Of a stretch of 64,000 bases of DNA, positions 39,971-54,459 are shown in pieces. The DNA lies in the NCBI GenBank assembly GCA_028023455.1, contig JAQFVV010000006.1, forward strand, positions 8,308,001 to 8,372,000, written 5' to 3'. How positions within the stretch are numbered: the stretch's first letter is position 1; each line of letters starts with the position of its first letter. The notes beneath the pieces are model-generated. The model saw only the letters and a list, made by a program, of their open reading frames with translations. It was not told the origin of the DNA and ran no database searches. A program made the position numbers and the translations under genes. The DNA is from Epiperipatus broadwayi. Its lineage: Eukaryota > Animalia > Onychophora.

Positions 39971-41129
39971 TTATAAAACAATTTTTTACCTGTGAAAACG
40001 TTCATTACAACATATATATTTATAACACAGATGAATTTTTATCAGTAAATTATGTACATATAAAATGTACATATAAATTAAGACTATAACACATATTAAA
40101 AAAAAAAAATGCGACATTAATAATAAATTGAAAGTACACATTTCATATATTTTAGTGTGTGCTCATTACTCTTTTACAATCACTCAAACATTAAAAACTT
40201 GCTGTACCATATTTACATTTTTTATAGACTTTCAACACAATTCTGGGCAATACTGTTTTCTCAATAACTTTTTTTAAATATAGAAATACAATAATAGTCC
40301 CCTTTTCTTCAGACAATACCCTCTCTAATCATTTCAGTTGGTTTTAAGAATATACCCTATCTAATTGTTTTGATTTCTTTAAGTCTATAAAGATTTTACA
40401 AATGCTGTTAAATGTCGTAAAACTTTTAGCATTACATTTAGAAAATTTTATTATATAAAAAATTATACGGTCAATTTCAAAATTTTTTTATTAATAAATA
40501 TGATTGCATTTGGCACTCTGAGATGAAAAAAAGTTGCTAATGTAATGTATAATGTACAAATTTTAATTTTGTTGCGTGTGTGTGTGTTTGTATAAGGAGC
40601 TCCAAGATGACAAAAATGCTACTGACAGATCACAAAATGTATTAAATTTACAAATTTTAATAGTTTTTTTTTGCTTGTTGTTTCACATTTTTTTTAAAAA
40701 TAACATATAATTGAAGTATTATTTATTGGTACAGCATATATTGTGACTTTCCTAACAATGAAAATTACCTAAATAATCAAATCGTTTTCTCTGAATATTA
40801 TTGACATTCAAGCATCGAAAAGGCAGGTTGAACTTCAATCTAGGGACCTTTAGTTATCAGTCACAACACTTTACCATTATGCTGAAACACTCATGTAAGG
40901 AACAATATACTTTATATATAATCTCTCTACGATATTTACAATGACCAAATATAAAAATACTGCTAAAAAATTACTTTTAACATAATAACTTGTGTTCAAG
41001 AATATTTGCAATGGACACTTACACTTTAAATGATAATCATTTTGCATTTTTTGCAATGATTGTTGATAAAAGTATTTGTTTGCTTGAATAGATAATGAAA
41101 AATGATAGGAATCTGAATATTTGCTACCT

Positions 41130-42750
41130 AACAAGTCTTTTCATTTAATGATAATTTTATTTCCACTTCGTTATTTGCAATAGCTTTGCATAGGTATGAC
41201 TGGCAAAGTGTGTTTTTTTTTCTTTCATCAGTTTTTCCATTTGACTTAGTTGCACGTTTGGTGATACCATAAACACAGCTGTATTATTTGGTTGTTTGCT
41301 GCTTTTATAGTGTCTGTTTATTACTCTCAATATGTAAATAAACTAATTTATTTATTCTACTATTTGATAATTGGATAGTATTAATTCTTTTGTTTACAAT
41401 GTTATTATTTAGTTTGAATCAAGCCTTCTTTATTTTCCTCTTTCTGTTATCACATTCTAAGTATACTGGTTTAACATTTTGTGGACCAAAGCTGCATCCA
41501 TATTCTTTATCATGATCTAAGAACAGTGTCATATATTTTGAATTTTCTTTTGTGTCTTTGTATAGGTACTTGTACAATACAATTCTTGTGATGTTAGTGT
41601 GTGATTCTCCATAATATACAGCTGTGCATACAGGGCCAAGAATCTCACAGTTTATTTGTGAAACTTCTTTTTGTAGTTTGTCTTTGGTATTGTCAATCAG
41701 TCCATTACGGCTGTCTGGAGGTTGAAAGCTAACACTGAACCTTTTTTGGCAAATGTTTTATTTTATCTGATATTTTTGGTATGTAAGGCATTGTAATACA
41801 CATATTGTCATCTTATGTTCTGTTTTATTTTGTTGTTAAATTTTTAAATTTCTTTGTTGAGACATTCTTGGCTGTAACCTATGCTGCTTAAGTCTTTCAT
41901 GTATGCATTGATGTTGAGTTTATGTTCTACTTCATATTTTCAGAATTGTTGATTTCTATTAAGGAATTCTTTGAATGCAACAAATTGATATTACATCAAG
42001 ATTTTTGAATGTGTTATTTCTAATGGATTTATCATCATTTTGTAGTCCAAATTATTTTTGTTACTATTAATTATTAATTCTAAAAATTTAATGCCTTGTG
42101 TGGCACTTTCATTTGCAATAATCTATTGCAGCAACAATTTGGTGGTTGTGAATTTCTGTTATTATCATTTCAGATCCACAGACAAGTACATCATCTACAT
42201 ATTTCCTGCATTTAATATGTTGGTCTTCATCTAAAAAGGCTGTGATTTTTTTTGTTTGTTTTTAATAGTGCTAAGCTGCATACCATTCCACAAGTTAGCA
42301 GTCTCATTGGCCATAAGCCTTTTATCTTACAATATTCATTACTGAATTTGCTGTGAATGTCTTTATCAATCCATTCTAGTATACTGTTGATGAACTCACT
42401 TTTAAATTTGTTATAACCACTTGCGCTTAGCAAATTTTTAATTACATTTATTGGTTTTTTTTGTGGGATACCGATTCATCCAGTTGTTATGTCCAATGAC
42501 ATGAATCTGTATCATCCTTTAAATATGCATGTTTGACTGATTGGATTAGCTCAAATGATGATGTGATGGTGTATTTACCGAATTCTAATTGGTTTTTAAG
42601 CTATTCTGTGGTGGTGCTTCTAGCGTTGTAGTAATATGCTCCACTGAAATCCACCATTAGTCATAGTGGGTAATTCTCTTTGTGCAGCTTAATATATGAG
42701 ACTAAGTATGGAGGCATTGCAGCTGAAGAGTATTCTATACTATGGTGTGC
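41130..42750 (-). mobile_element. Highly degraded second PLE (RT then GIY-YIG)
   Basis: Minus-strand pieces read RKYVDDVLVCG (about 42190), SIGYSQECLNKEI (NGYP-like) and PVCTAVYYGESH (about 41600, GIY-YIG-like). Confidence 0.55.
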
Positions 42751-43672
42751 GCAATTGTTGTGTTTTCTTAAGTGTTTATTAATTTATATTTCATAATTTT
42801 TACGTTGTTCATTATGATTGTATTGAATTTTAACCTCTCTGTTTGTTGTTTAGATTTTAATGATAATAAATCAATAATATAATCAAATGATTTTATTGCT
42901 TAAGAATACATAAAAACTTCCGCACCTGCCACTCTACCACTGTACTGAACTATGCAGGGCAATAATAATAATCAAATTCTCAGGAGGTCAATTGATATTG
43001 AAGTACCAAAAGTGAAAAATTGTGCTTCAATCCAAGAACCTTTAGTTCTTAAATTCATCACTTCACTGCTGGACTAAACTGCACAGAATGTTTCATTTAA
43101 TAAATTTTAATCACAGTGCAGTGGCACACACTACTTTAGAAAATAATAGCTACATACCCATTTACTGACCATGAAATGGATTTCTAACAACCCTGATTAT
43201 AAGCTAACTACTTGAAAACAAAAAATTCCCAAGATTCATTTAGTCTGGATTCAAACCCCAGATTGTACGTTACATGTCATCTAATATCTTTTTTCACACA
43301 GAACCGACGAGAGGAAGCTTCGACGTTCTATAGTTAATTTATTAAAATTTTTGAAAGTATTATCTGATTTGCAAGTAAAAAAGATCTTATGTAATGTTAT
43401 TTAACTTAGCATGTCTTAATAAAGTCGCATTGCGTTAATTATAAAAGTTTTTTGTTTTTGTTTTGTTTTTCCTAATTAAATAAAAAGTATTTTTAAATAT
43501 GGTAGTTATGTGCCTTTGAACAGAAAGTAGTGGTAGATAAAAATCTTGGAGAATTTTATAAAGGACCCCCAAAAACAATGTTTTTTATCAAATCACACAA
43601 ACTTTTCATTACACATAAACAAATAGATATGTTATTGGATATATAATAATAGTTGATTGGTTTATTGCTTAG

Positions 43673-43849
43673 GAATTCATATGAAAATTCATATAAAGTT
43701 CAAGAACCAGGAGTGACAGTAATGAACTATGATCCATTGACCTTAAGTCCAGATTTTGCCATCTACAGACGCTCTGAATTGCACAGTTCTGATCATATAA
43801 TGAAAAGATGCAACTCAGAGAAAAAAAAATCTTCAAGAAAAAGTGAAAG
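43673..43849 (+). CDS. Candidate host-gene exon (NSYENSYKVQEPGVTVMNYDPLTLSPDFAIYRRSELHSSDHIMKRCNSEKKKSSRKSE)
   Basis: tttattgcttag| ... AG|gtaaaa; 177 nt, phase 2 to 2, fully open. Confidence 0.6.
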
Positions 43850-44262
43850 GTAAAAAAAACACATAAATGGCAAGACATATAAATATATAATCAGTATATA
43901 GTTGAAATATTATAATCATAAACTCAACGATAAAGACACTATTGTATTTTTTTTTTTTTAAGATTGGAAGAATTATATTCACAAACAATTGATGTTTAGT
44001 CGATCTCCATTAGCCATCCTCAGAATTAACGATTATTTAATCATTATATCAAGCCATATAAATTATATATTCTCATTTTAACAAATTTACTGGTAAAATA
44101 TTTGAACTTTCAAAAACAACTTTTGGTACATCTGAATTTTCAAATAGTCTACAGGTAAATTTGTTAAGAAGGGATGGCTTTGATTTGTGTAGCTTGACAA
44201 ATTAATTAAATAACAGTTAATTCTGAAGAAAGTTAATAGGTGTGATCAGAATATTAATTATT

Positions 44263-44772
44263 AAAACAGGCAAAACTCTCCATACAGTAGTGCCAACCAG
44301 AGTAACCAATGGATGCCAGAGGCTTGTGCATAAAATCCCCATCTAGTGCCTACTCATCCAATATCCCCAGACTAGTTTCTGGCTTGTGACTTTCATCAGT
44401 GAGGAGCTTCGGATCTGAGAGCACTGCACCTAGACCTTAGGATCTAATACAACCCTCCAGCAGCCACCTTTTATCTCTACTTTAACTACAAAACGATGAG
44501 AATAAAATTGAAAACACAATAACATTTTCAAACTAAGCTCAATAGCTTCTATAGTCATATGGGTCTGTACCCACGAAGGTCACAAGCCAGAAACTAGTCT
44601 GGGGATATTGGATGAGTAGGCACTAGATGGGGATTTTATGCACAAGCCTTTTGGCATCCAATGATTACTCTGGTTGGCACTGAGTGGCACTACTGTATGG
44701 AGAGTTTTGCCTGTTTTAATAACAGTAATGTGTTAGCATAAGAAATAGTGATCATGTGATGTTTAGTGGTTT
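44263..44772. mobile_element. Family B element, copy 3, with 13-bp TSD
   Basis: Inverted arms at 44263-44460 and 44573-44722. The minus-strand HHR at 44364-44405 has an intact core; the plus-strand HHR lacks CTG. TSD aatattaattatt at 44250-44262 and 44773-44785. Confidence 0.9.
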
Positions 44773-45864
44773 AATATTAATTATTATTTGAGGATAAAAG
44801 TGCTCCATTTAAAACAAAAAGGAAGACAATGCTTTGTCTTTACAAATGAGTTTGTTATTATTTGTAAATGAAAAAATATAAGGTTTTATGGATAATAATC
44901 ATTTTTGCCATATATAAAATCCATGTGAATGAATGTTTGTCCATAATGTTTTAATGGAGCTCCCTTTGAATTTTTTTTTCAGAGAGCGTTCTAATAAATA
45001 ATCTTATTATATATAGTTGTCTGCAATGCTGTCAAATTCAAATATCAAATATGGCAGGTATATTTAAAATTTTTAATTTTAATTTAGCTTTATTAATAAA
45101 GCTAAATTTATTAATACTGTACCAGGTACATTTCTGAAGCATACCAAACAGTTTATTACAAAAACGAAGATCTTTCAGGCTGAATATATTTCTCACATTT
45201 ATTTATATTATATTAAAATCTTTTGGTTTAATTTACATCAAATCTTTAAAAAAAAATTATTAAAGCAATCAATTAAAAAACAATGGCCTTTCCATAGGTG
45301 GGGTACATCTGGTTTATATATAAAATACTATCAGTATGCAATTAAACTGTATATAATAAGGACATAATCATGAGTATTAATAAGGTGAAATTCAAGTTTC
45401 TTTATATTACATAGATGGCAAATATATTTTTCTTACTTCATAAGAAGAAAGTATTGATTAGAAAAAGTAGTTATTCATTATGATTAATATAAAATATTAT
45501 TTTTTTCTATATGGTAATTGTCACTTTTCTTTCACTATTTAAAGGTCCTTTAACATATCCTTTTTTAAAAAACATACCCAATTTTTTTTTTTTTTCCTTT
45601 TCATTTTCTTAAAATTATATATATATTTTCATACCTTGTTTTTATTATGACATGCTTTTAAACCTAATTAAATTATAAATAACTTACCTATTCTATGTTT
45701 ATCAAGTTCATGTTTTTATATGAAAGGGATTTTTAAATTCTCACAAACACCAGACATTGCTTAACATTATTCACAATGTTATGATTTTACATAATCTTGG
45801 TGCACACATATTTTAAAACAAAATATGGTTTAATAAACATCTATAACACATTGTTTTCTACCAG

Positions 45865-46027
45865 GTTGCCGATCCATGTCATGAGTACCACAAAATATAA
45901 TGGCACACAGCCACATAGTACTTTTTGTAATGGAAATTTAAAATTAAAACATAAAGAAATTGAAATTGTTGCATCCTGGACTCGCATAAAAGATGAATAC
46001 TCTCGTATTGCAATTTTATTTGCATGA
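45865..46027 (+). CDS. Candidate terminal exon (LPIHVMSTTKYNG...ASWTRIKDEYSRIAILFA*)
   Basis: ttgttttctaccag| with a phase-2 start matching 43849; open to TGA. Confidence 0.55.
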
Positions 46028-46974
46028 ATTAGAATTCTCCGCCTTGGTTTACTACTAAAAAATAAAAAGACTTCAAAATCAAGTGAAAAAGAAATATAAA
46101 ATATATTTTTCTAGTATCTTGCTGTAATATTATAAAATCTCTTATTAAATTTATTACTGATATTTAATTTTATTGTAATAATTATAAATCAATTTTTTTA
46201 TTGAATGTATAGACAAAATCATAAGTTACACTTAGACCTTCCTAATGGACAAAATTTGATCAACAGAAGTGATAAAACAAGAACTCTATACAAATTAAAC
46301 TAATTAATACATATTAAAAATGTGATATAATTAGGTAAATTAATCAATTGTGCTTGTACAAAGGATACAGGGACATAGAAGTGCTATAAGAATAAATTAT
46401 GAAATTGCTGGGGCAATTATGAAAAAAAGGTTGAAAAATATTAGTCTATTAGATCTACCTAAATTGCGATTTTAATTTTTAACCCTAAAAAGTAGTGGTA
46501 ATCTTTTTAAAACAAACTTGCTGTAGATGATCTTTAATAAAGATTAAATGTAATTGTTAAACTGTACAGAGATTTCTATTAAATAGAAGGTAGTGAAATG
46601 GTGGAAACAATTCCTTAAAGGAACTGATAGGTATTTTAAATGAAAAATGGGTTGGGAAAAGAGGGAACTAATTAGTCAATACATTTTTTGATTACTACTG
46701 CATAAAATTTTGTACTAATTTACAGTTAAATCATATGATAATGATTTCAGCTACTATAAATTATACAGTTTACAATCAGTTGTCAAGGCAATATCTATAA
46801 GTAAAAAATTGAATTCCATTTTTCACTCTTGTCTAATATTTGAATACAGACAAAGAAAGCTGATACTGCGACAGTAAAAGATTGATATTTTTATCTTTCT
46901 AGAAGTTTAAAAAAATCTTATTAAACAGGCAAATATAATGTGTTTTTGAAAGTAAATTTATAAATATCATTTTT

Positions 46975-47950
46975 ACCAGTATATAGAATGTAGCAACATA
47001 TAAGACCCCCCTCCCTTTATACACAGTAAAAAAAAAATTCTACAATTTCCATAATGATTTACAGTATTTTATAGGTATTTATGTTTACAAAAAATTTAAC
47101 TAAGGAACAATGTATAGTTAGATACTTTTTAATCATCGTTAAAACCCAGAAATCCATCTCCAGAGTTATATGAAGAATCACTTGAAGCCTCTCCTTCAGA
47201 AACCAAGTCTTCATATAACAAATCATCCTCTGTGCCATTGAGTTACTAATACCACATATTAAAAATGGCTTTACAAAGGTCTCATGTTTCACAGCATCCC
47301 ATAAGTTTTGACCCATTTACAAATCTGTGAAATGCCAGGTCTCTTTCTTTTTTCCTGATGGTGTCACTTCAAAATCTGTAAACAGCACCCAACCATTCCA
47401 TTTCTTCTTCATTAATCCTTTAAATGGTTTATAAATGTAGACATCTAAAAGTTGAAGCCATCTCATTAGACCACCTGAAATTATAGCTAATCGAGTTTTC
47501 AGTTGGCTGACTTTATTTTTCACAGCTTTTGTTCTGTGACTCTGAAACTGATTCCATACTAGGAAGGCAGGTTTCTTTAACAGTCCTCCAGTATGTCTAC
47601 ACCACACATTGTCTATCCACAACTTTATTTCCCTTTCATCCATCCATCCATACAACCCTTAAGATGAATGTGCACGAACACACCTTTAAGCAGGTTTTTC
47701 TTGGGCAACTTATTAGCTTTACAAAATAGAAAAAAAATTAGGGAATCGATTTACTCAAAACCACTGTTTCACAAAAGGATAAAATGTTATAGAATATTTA
47801 TATATGTATAGTAATATAAACCAAAAGTTTTAAAGTGATTGAACATTCCACTCATAATTTTAATCACTGGTGCATAGGATGCACCCATCATTTTAGGCAT
47901 ACTTGGGGGGGAGGGGGAGTGCATCCTATATGCTGACAAATATGGTAATC
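46975..47950 (-). mobile_element. pogo/Tigger-like DNA transposon remnant (DDE_1)
   Basis: GWMDEREIKLWIDNVW..LVWNQFQSH..LAIISGGL..LQLLDVYIYKPFK; pogo-like termini (..gtata..tataagac..cc). Confidence 0.85.
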
Positions 47951-48626
47951 ATTTTTAAAAGTTTCAAACTCATTGCTATTTATTATTCATACATAATTTT
48001 CGCAAAGCAAAACAGTTTTAAATGCACATCGAACCATCGGCAACCAATGTTTACATAAACTGCAGAATCTACCATTTGATGTAGGTTCTATGGTTTACAT
48101 AGATGTTGGTTATTATGGTATTTGCATTTAAAATGACCTATACATACTGTTTTAGTATCTAAGTAATAATTTATAATTATATATTGGACTATTTCCATCA
48201 TCTAATTCACTTGTTAAATGTTTTTTTGGAGAAATTCAAACTTTATATTTTTCCCATATTCGTTCACGTTTTAATAAGAACCCTCACATTTGCATAAAAT
48301 GCAAATTTCAAGTGGCATTATTCTCCTCTTTTCTTTAAATGTTGTTGGCATGACCAGTGACAGTAATAGCATGGAGAATAAACTGGTAACTTTTAGATTT
48401 CCACATACTGAATTTAAGGAGACACTCTAACAAACTATGCTTTTCTGCAATGGGCAACAGCCAGTAGGCAATTTCTGACTTTTTAAAAAAAACATATAAT
48501 ACAGATAGAAAGTGAAAATAATTTAACATATAACTAAAGGTGAAATATCACCTTCACAGACTTTCTGACAAACATTCGACATTGATAAATATATGTATAT
48601 GTTTCAAAAGTTTAACATACAGAATA

Positions 48627-49205
48627 TCATCATCATCAACAATTATCAATCCAATGCAGGGTGAAGGTCTCTCCAAGTTCAATCCATCTTTTCCTATCTT
48701 TACCTTCTCTTCTCCACATCACCCCTGCACACTTTCTTATTTCATCCATCATCTCACATGTGGTCTCTTTCTGGGTCTTTTACAATCTCTTGGAATCCAG
48801 TTTAAAATTTCAATTGTCCATCTATTATCATCTCTTCTAACAATATGTCCACCTCAACTCCACTTCAGTCTTTTAATTTTTTCAATGAGGTCAGTAGCAC
48901 CTGTTTGTTCTCTCACCCATACATTGTGCTTTCGATCCCTTCTTGTTACTCCCAACATGCATCTCTCCTTACTTCTTTGAGTGGTCTGAAGTCTCTGTAT
49001 TGCTCTTCCATTAAGTGTCCAAGTCTGAGATCCATAAGTAAGAACTGGCAAAATACTTTTATTAAAAACCTTCCTTTTCAAACACATAGGCATATTTCTT
49101 TTTAGTATCAAGTTATTTCTACCAAAAGCACTCCAACCAAGTTTAATTCTATGATTAATTTCATCCATTATATTTCCATCTGTATTAATAATATGACCAA
49201 GATAT
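48627..49205 (-). mobile_element. 5'-truncated RTE copy
   Basis: ORF 48854-49168 is nearly identical to the C-terminus of the 27502 ORF; (TGA)n tail. Confidence 0.95.
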
Positions 49206-51129
49206 TTATACAGGATATATCTATAAATAAATATTCAAAATTTAATATTTAGTCATATTTTCAACAGGATTTACATGCTTTGAAAAGAGATGAGTTTGTA
49301 ATGAAGGCTAAGGGATATAATGAATTATTACTATGTCTTCAACTAATCCAATAATATTTTCAGTCAAAGATGCCATACTAATAGTATAGCACCTGCAATG
49401 ATTAAAAACATTAATAACAGTAATAGTAATAAACATCTACATGTAAATGAGTATGGTCTTTCTAATTCAAAAAAAAAAGAGGAAGAAAGTGAAAAAACTA
49501 TTCTAAAAATGAGTTGTGTGATAACTATGTAAACCAAACCATGTACCACAAATATGTCCATATATAGAACATGTTGGACCATTTTTGTTTTCTATATATT
49601 TTACAAATTAGGAATAGTAATGCATTCCTATTTACTTTACTCTAGACTCATCCATTTGAATAACCAATGGACACTAGACTGTAGTGTCAAAAATCCAAGA
49701 GTCATTCCTGGCTATTGTCCTTCACTATTGCTGTCTGTTGTTTTTCATATATGGCTCTAGATAAAAGAGTGAAGGACGGTTCCCAATGCAAAGACTGAAA
49801 GTAGGCTGAACAAGTTTACTCATCTCTATCTGGTATATAAACATCGAATGCTGAGCCCTGTTTGGTTTAGTACAGTAGTAGAGCGGCAAACTTAAGAGCT
49901 ACAGATTTCTGGAATGATTCTCAACTAAGAGGGAGAAGACTGTTTGAGCAACTGAACAGAAATAGCCACTTGGGTATTAGAACATCAATGAATAAGGGCA
50001 ACTAATGACATAATTATTTTAAGCTGACTTTAAATTTTAATCTAGTTAAAGAAAAGACAAGAAATTCTTCCGATCTATTAATTTTTAATTATTATTTTAA
50101 TTGCTTTAGAAATAATAATAAAAGTAAATAAAATACCAAAATGAATTTAAAATTAATTACTTTTAATACTCCGAATGCGAAAGTTAAATATTAATAACAT
50201 ATATATAATAAATGCTTACAACCGCGATAAAAATAATGTTAATGAGATATACTTCGCATAAATTTCAGTTTTCTTTGAAGTAGGCTTTGTCCCAAAAGGT
50301 TATCGTATTTAATATTTCATTAGACATTTTATTGTTGGTAATAATCTTGAGAGGCAGCTATTTATCATACTTTACCTTTTTTTTATTCTAAGTTTACATA
50401 GAATTATGTTAAAAACTAGTCATTAATTTTTCATACATATATGTATATTTAATTCATTATTTAATGAGACTTTAAAAGAGTTTGTAATCTAGAATTAGCG
50501 GTATTAAGAGGTCATTTGTTATATTTACCATACAACTCACTACTAGCTTTCTTAAATAAGAAGCTTTAATAATAATAATAATAAAAAAAAAACATTCAGG
50601 ATTTACTCTAAAGATAGGATTTTAAAAGCTCGTAAACTAACTGCTGGTTCCATCGGAAACTCCTCCTTAGGTTTAACCAGAGCATTTGACTACTAAAGAT
50701 CCCGAAAGGAATCACTAACAGATTATAACAAAGAAAATGAATTGCTAATAATTAACTAATGACAACATACATCTCTCCGGAGAATTTAAAAAAAAAAAAA
50801 AATTATCTTTTAATTAATAGGATCGTAAGATATATAAATGTGTTTATATTTCGATTGGAGAGGAGAGGGGAGGAAATGGAATATATATATGCTTATAAGT
50901 AAAGCAGATTGTAAATTAACGTACTGCCCATCCAGAAACCCCTCAAAGAACAGTGAAGAAAAAGACAACAGTAATCTTCTATCCTCATTTATTATTTAAC
51001 TAAGTATTGCAGATTTACACCCAACTGTTCTAGCACAACGCCCGCATAATATATATACATTGTCCTAATAAAATATTCGGGCACGATTATTCCGTGAAGT
51101 ATTTATATATATTGCATATATATATATAA

Positions 51130-51920
51130 GAATTCTATATCATCATCATCATTTTCAAATATTGTATTTAAATTTAATTCAGTTTTTCCAATCCATAGCC
51201 TCTTTTCTCCATATCATTCCAGCAAATTTTCTTAAATCACCCATCCATTTCGCACGTGATCTCTTTTTTGATCTTCAATAATTCAATGAATCTCAGTTTA
51301 AGATTTTAATTATATATCAATTATTATCTGTTCCAGCAGTATTCACAACTCCATTTCAGACTTTTCAATAAAACCTGTTGGGTTTTTTTTATATATACAT
51401 ATTCCACATTCAATATAAATACTACTAAACTATCATCATCACAAACTTTCAGGAAAATTCATTGTGTAGCCTGAAATATTTATATTCCTCTTCTGGTAAG
51501 TGTCCATGTTTCAATTCCATTTTATATAAGAAAAGATAAGACACACCTATTAAAAGTCATACTTTTCATACATAAAGCCACATTTCCTTTAAGTAATAAA
51601 TTATTTACAACAATAGCATTCCATCCAAGATTAACTCTTTTAATTAATTTTATCTATTATGCTTACATCTGTATTAATAATTTCTTTTAATTCATGATTG
51701 TCGATCCTCATTTTTTGTCTACTGTTAAACCTATTCGTGCAGCAATTATCTTTAGTTCCACATTCTTGCTTTGACATAATCTCATATAACATACCTTGAA
51801 GCTCTCAAGGATTACATACAAAAACAAACAAATCATGATTAAAGTCTAGATAAATAATCTTCATGTAATTTCATTCTTGTTGACTCCATTTTAATTCACA
51901 AAATATTTCTTGTAAAACTA
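51130..51920 (-). mobile_element. Old RTE fragment, interrupted near 51400-51475 by a family A pLTR end
   Basis: Antisense to RTE 29700-30460. The insert catcatcacaaactttcaggaaaat matches 4577-4602. Confidence 0.7.
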
Positions 51921-52212
51921 TTGTTTTTTAGCTATGGTGATACAGAATCTCGCTATTTTGTGCCTTCATCAATGTTAATCTTCTTAATGTTATCACGTAT
52001 TTACGATCAGCTTTATTTAAAGAAACCAATTCAAACATAACTCGCCATGAATATGGGACTGTAGACTGTCCTGAAAGCGCTTGGCGGTAAAATTTTAATA
52101 ATTTCATGACAATTTATTAATAGCTTCATTAGCTGTGCGCATAGCTTCATTAGCTGTGCGCAGAGCACATATATATTAATTTATTTAAGCATTAATGAAG
52201 TAAAATCTTAAC

Positions 52213-52485
52213 TATTTCAAGCCAATAAAGAAAAAGTCATATAGCTTTATTGCTTGGGAGTTCATAAGAAGTTTGAGCACTGGACCTGCGAGCATTAGAA
52301 TCGATCCTGGGACCTCCCAATCCAAAGTCGGATGCTCTACCATCTGCACCAAATCACCAGGGCAAAAAGGGCTTATGGTTTTATTGCTCGAGAGTTCATG
52401 ATAAGTTCGGGCACCAGAATCAATCCTGGAAACCCCCAATCATAAGTCGAACATGCTACCAATTGCACCAAAATGCACAGAGCAG
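52213..52485 (-). mobile_element. Tandem dimer of SINE family 2
   Basis: Two units of ttggtgca..tggtag...ccaggat.gattct...atgaactc.c.agcaataaa. Confidence 0.8.
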
Positions 52486-52899
52486 CAAACCAATAATTAA
52501 ATGACAGCGAATCTTCAAATCAAAATTAATAGATTTACATATTCTTATTCTAGTCATGTGATATCATCTAGAATAATGATTCCTGACATGGAATATGTGC
52601 ATATGATATTAATTTATTAATGTAATATAGTTTTGTTTTTTATGCAGTCGTGATACGCTCACCCAAATTCATCGTTTTTTTTGAATTTTTGAATGAAAAT
52701 GTATATTTTATTATGTGTACATTATTTTGCAAAGATTCCAATTATATCATCTTCCTCTCTTCTTCAGGATTTACTACAGTGAATACGAACCTGAGATTAT
52801 GACTTATCCTACTAGGGTGCAGAATGTCACATAATAAGTTTTACGACCCAAAAAGTGAATTGAAATTCAAACAAATATACAATTTTCCATTTCTGATTT

Positions 52900-54260
52900 G
52901 ATATTTTAAAACTGTGATAGGTTATTCTAGAGAAATTCCGTTCATACAATTGTCATCTAATAATAATAGATTAGATTTAACTTGTGACTAAAGCTGTTTC
53001 TATCATTCCATCCAAAAATGAAGATAATACCCATTCAGGCTGTTCACTGATATAACTTACCAAGAAGATCTAGGTAAAGTGTAGGCAGTGCATCCATTTT
53101 CTATGCTGATGACAAGAGTTTAAATCCAATCTGCATAAAACTTACATTTTTGTTCTGATTCCCGTCAAGAGTAAAAAAAAATCCCAGATATCCTCCAATC
53201 TGGTTAACATATATTTGATTAAGGAATGTGTATCTGGCTATTTTTAGCTAGAGGGTAAAAGGATTTTCCTCCTTCATTATTTCTCTGTGAGAGACTCTTG
53301 GAAAGGTCTTTGTTCTAGAATGGGCTACTTAAAGAATTATTTTACCTATTTTTATTTAATTATCACATTGAATTTCTTCCTTAAAGAAACGGAATAAGCT
53401 TCATTAGGTCACTCAATTCTGTCATAATGTTCATAAATTCAACAGTCATTAACGATCTGCATAGGTCAATAATTAAACTTAATTTATGAAGCAGATGTGT
53501 ACAATTACTACAGGTTGTCCTGAATCTCTTGAAAAGACTACAGAAGCTTCTAAAATTATCATATGTATCTGGCTTTATTCTTGAATCTCTACAAAAAAAT
53601 TGTTTTGAATTCCCTAAAACTCCATTTTTCTTGTCATGATTCTTAAAATGCAGATTCAGAAAGGGGATGTTGATTTAGAATGAATCTCAAATGGCAAAAC
53701 TATCTATCTTGAGTTATTGATAATTCAGAATTACTTAACAGCCTTTTATGCATTTTCTCTGAAGCAATTTTCTCTTCTGGTATGAGGTAGATCTATATGT
53801 GAAAAAAGGGAAAGTCAACGTGATGGGAATAACTTATTATATCAGTAATATTTCTTATGCAATATTTGAGTACCAAAAAAATAGGGTGGGCACTTTTTCT
53901 CCAAACAGGTGCATAGTAATCATCAGTAGAACAATTTATAGCAAAAAAAGCTATACCCAAAATATTTGCATCACAATCCCAACTACAGCCTATCAAATGT
54001 CCAAGACAGTTATTCCCATAAACTATTTTAGACCTCACTGTAGAAACAAGTTAGGCTACCATCCAAGATTATTTCTTAATAGAAGGGAATGTTTCATTCT
54101 GTTGTTGCAAAAGCCTTACATTCAGATTATGGCTGCTTCCCCATTGTTTAGATGAAAAGTTGGATTAAGAGTAAGATCCTAACTGCTGAAAAATATTTCC
54201 AACTTTTTCATATCCTCATTGAGACATTTCTCTCTCATAAAAGAATTTAATTTCCTGTAT
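52900..54260 (-). mobile_element. Ingi/Vingi-like LINE remnant
   Basis: NNCLGHLIGCSWDCDANILGIAFFAINCSTDDYYAPVWRKSAH resembles the post-RT Ingi/Vingi motif L.G..WGA.A..LR...LAL..S..EY.APVW..S.H. The 5' boundary is uncertain. Confidence 0.65.
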
Positions 54261-54284
54261 TCATGAATTTTCCCTACTAATAAA

Positions 54285-54410
54285 AAAAAAAGTCAGATGG
54301 CTTTATTGCTCGGGAGTTCATAAGAAGTTTGAGCACCAGCATCAAACCTGGGACCTCTTCACCCCAAATTTGATGCTCTACCAATTGCACTAAATTGTGC
54401 AGGGTCCCTA
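54285..54410 (-). mobile_element. SINE family 2 copy
   Basis: Matches 52225-52345; another partial + strand copy lies at about 54870-54995. Confidence 0.8.
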
Positions 54411-54459
54411 TAAATGGTAATGCATATCTAGTAAAAAGTTTTAAGCGCATACATACAAA

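Noticed and set aside
43295-43332. Possible fourth HHR (agaac-cgacga-gag..cttc-gac-gttct) downstream of a B-box-like ggattcaaacccc
   Set aside because: Both core motifs need restored bases, and there is no second copy in the window.
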